The notes under the pieces are model-generated. The model was not told the DNA's origin. It did no database searches and worked only from the letters and a program-made list of their open reading frames with translations. From positions 15,686,001 to 15,750,000 of the forward strand of contig JAQFVV010000010.1 of the NCBI GenBank assembly GCA_028023455.1: a stretch of 64,000 nt of DNA, written 5' to 3'. The stretch is from Epiperipatus broadwayi. Lineage: Eukaryota; Animalia; Onychophora. Shown here one piece after another: positions 62,760 through 64,000 of the stretch. The position numbers and the translations under genes are program-made. Positions within the stretch are counted from its first letter, which is position 1, and every line of letters begins with the position of its first letter.

Positions 62760-64000
62760 GGCTTCCAGCCATTATATATTGCCTCACTGAGTTGACCTCT
62801 AGGATTATTTGCCATTGTCATATGAACAGCTTTTTGCATTTTCTTTTTTGCACCTTTTCCTCTATCCAATATTTTTGTATTTCCCAGTTGAACATATGTT
62901 CATTAGTATATAAATCGTCTGCTACTATAGTTTGTGTTCTTTCAATCACTTGTTCAACAGAGCAATAGGTCTTACCAATATACTTCTTCCCACATTCACA
63001 TGGTATTTTATAGATGCCATTTTTGTTTTTCAGCATTTCCAGTTTAGGTTTGGTAGTAGTTAGAATTCCTTGAAGAGTGCTATGGCTTTGAATGCCATTC
63101 TAATGTTATACTGACTGCAAATTTTTTTGAATTTATCTGCCATTCCTGGTATGTATGGATACACTACAGTAGCAACGATTTTTTTTCCTTTTGGTGTCTT
63201 TTGTTGTCCATTAAAAATTTTCTTGATGACAGCTGATAAATAACCATTCTTGATGAGAGTTTGTTATATGCAAATCTTTTCATTTTCCAAATCACTGGTT
63301 TCCGAACAAATTTCCTTTGCTCTGTATCATAATGATAGTATAATTCCATGTTTTGTGCTTCTGTTATGATTGAATGTATATGACAAGAAACCACAATCCA
63401 ATGTTTTTACTTTGCTCAGAGGGACTCTTGTCACAAGAACATCTAAAAATTCTGATTTTTGTTTTTGTTCTGATTTCACTGGGAATTTAATTGAAAGAGA
63501 TATATTGTTGATGTGCATACAAAGACTGCAATCATTCTCTACCAATGTGCCATACTGAAAGTGTATCATCAACATAACAAAGCCATATTTTAGACAGAAA
63601 TGGAATATTGTTTTTGGCTGTTGTTTCAAGTTTTTCCATGTAAATGTTGCTAATCCAGGATGACAATGGGGAACCAATGGTTGACTCTATTGGAAGAATT
63701 CTGACTCTTATTAAAAGTACATTATTCTTATACAGAAGGTTAGTAGTTCCATTATTCTATCAATAGGTAAAGTTGTTCTGGTTTGTAGACTATTATCAGC
63801 ACATAATCTTTTTCTTACAATAGACAATGCTTCATCTCATGGTACATTTCTGAATAAACTTTCCACATCAAAGCTTACCAATATATTTGTTCTTTCCATT
63901 TTGATTAATTCTACAAAGTGCTTAGAATCCCTGACAAGGAATTGTGTCCTGTATGCCAATGGACTAAGAATTTCAAAAAGAAATCTTGACAATTTTTGAC
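62760..64000 (-). mobile_element. Penelope-like element (RT plus GIY-YIG), degenerate, continuing past the window end
   Basis: 'VSFDVESLFRNVP', 'GSPLSSWISNIYMEKLE', 'YVDD', 'EFLDVLV'; 'NGIYKIPCECGKKYIGKT' (62818-63036). Confidence 0.9.

Overview
Very AT-rich animal genomic DNA (arthropod-like by intron style and repeat content; the species cannot be determined from sequence alone). The only confidently identified host gene is the 5' part of ADCK1 on the minus strand: four coding exons (48412-48543, 48248-48331, 24179-24382, 1339-1497) separated by an 80-bp intron and two introns of about 23-24 kb, with the gene continuing off the left edge. The introns and upstream region are packed with decayed retroelements: a near full-length L1/Tx1-type LINE, several RTE LINEs, other LINE remnants, at least six Penelope-like element (PLE) fragments with RT and/or GIY-YIG motifs, a short tRNA-derived SINE with TSDs, and MITE-like palindromes. 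The most interesting signal is a dense set of small non-coding elements carrying minimal hammerhead-ribozyme (HHR) motifs, in at least four sequence families, mostly inserted as tandem and/or inverted (foldback) structures like PLE pseudo-LTRs or retrozymes. These include a tRNA-headed element with an HHR-like core, a 474-bp unit bounded by two HHRs, and a young 335-bp circularly permuted foldback insertion. Inside ADCK1, HHR cores are intact only on the strand antisense to the gene. All folds and alignments were done by eye; TE boundaries without TSDs are approximate.
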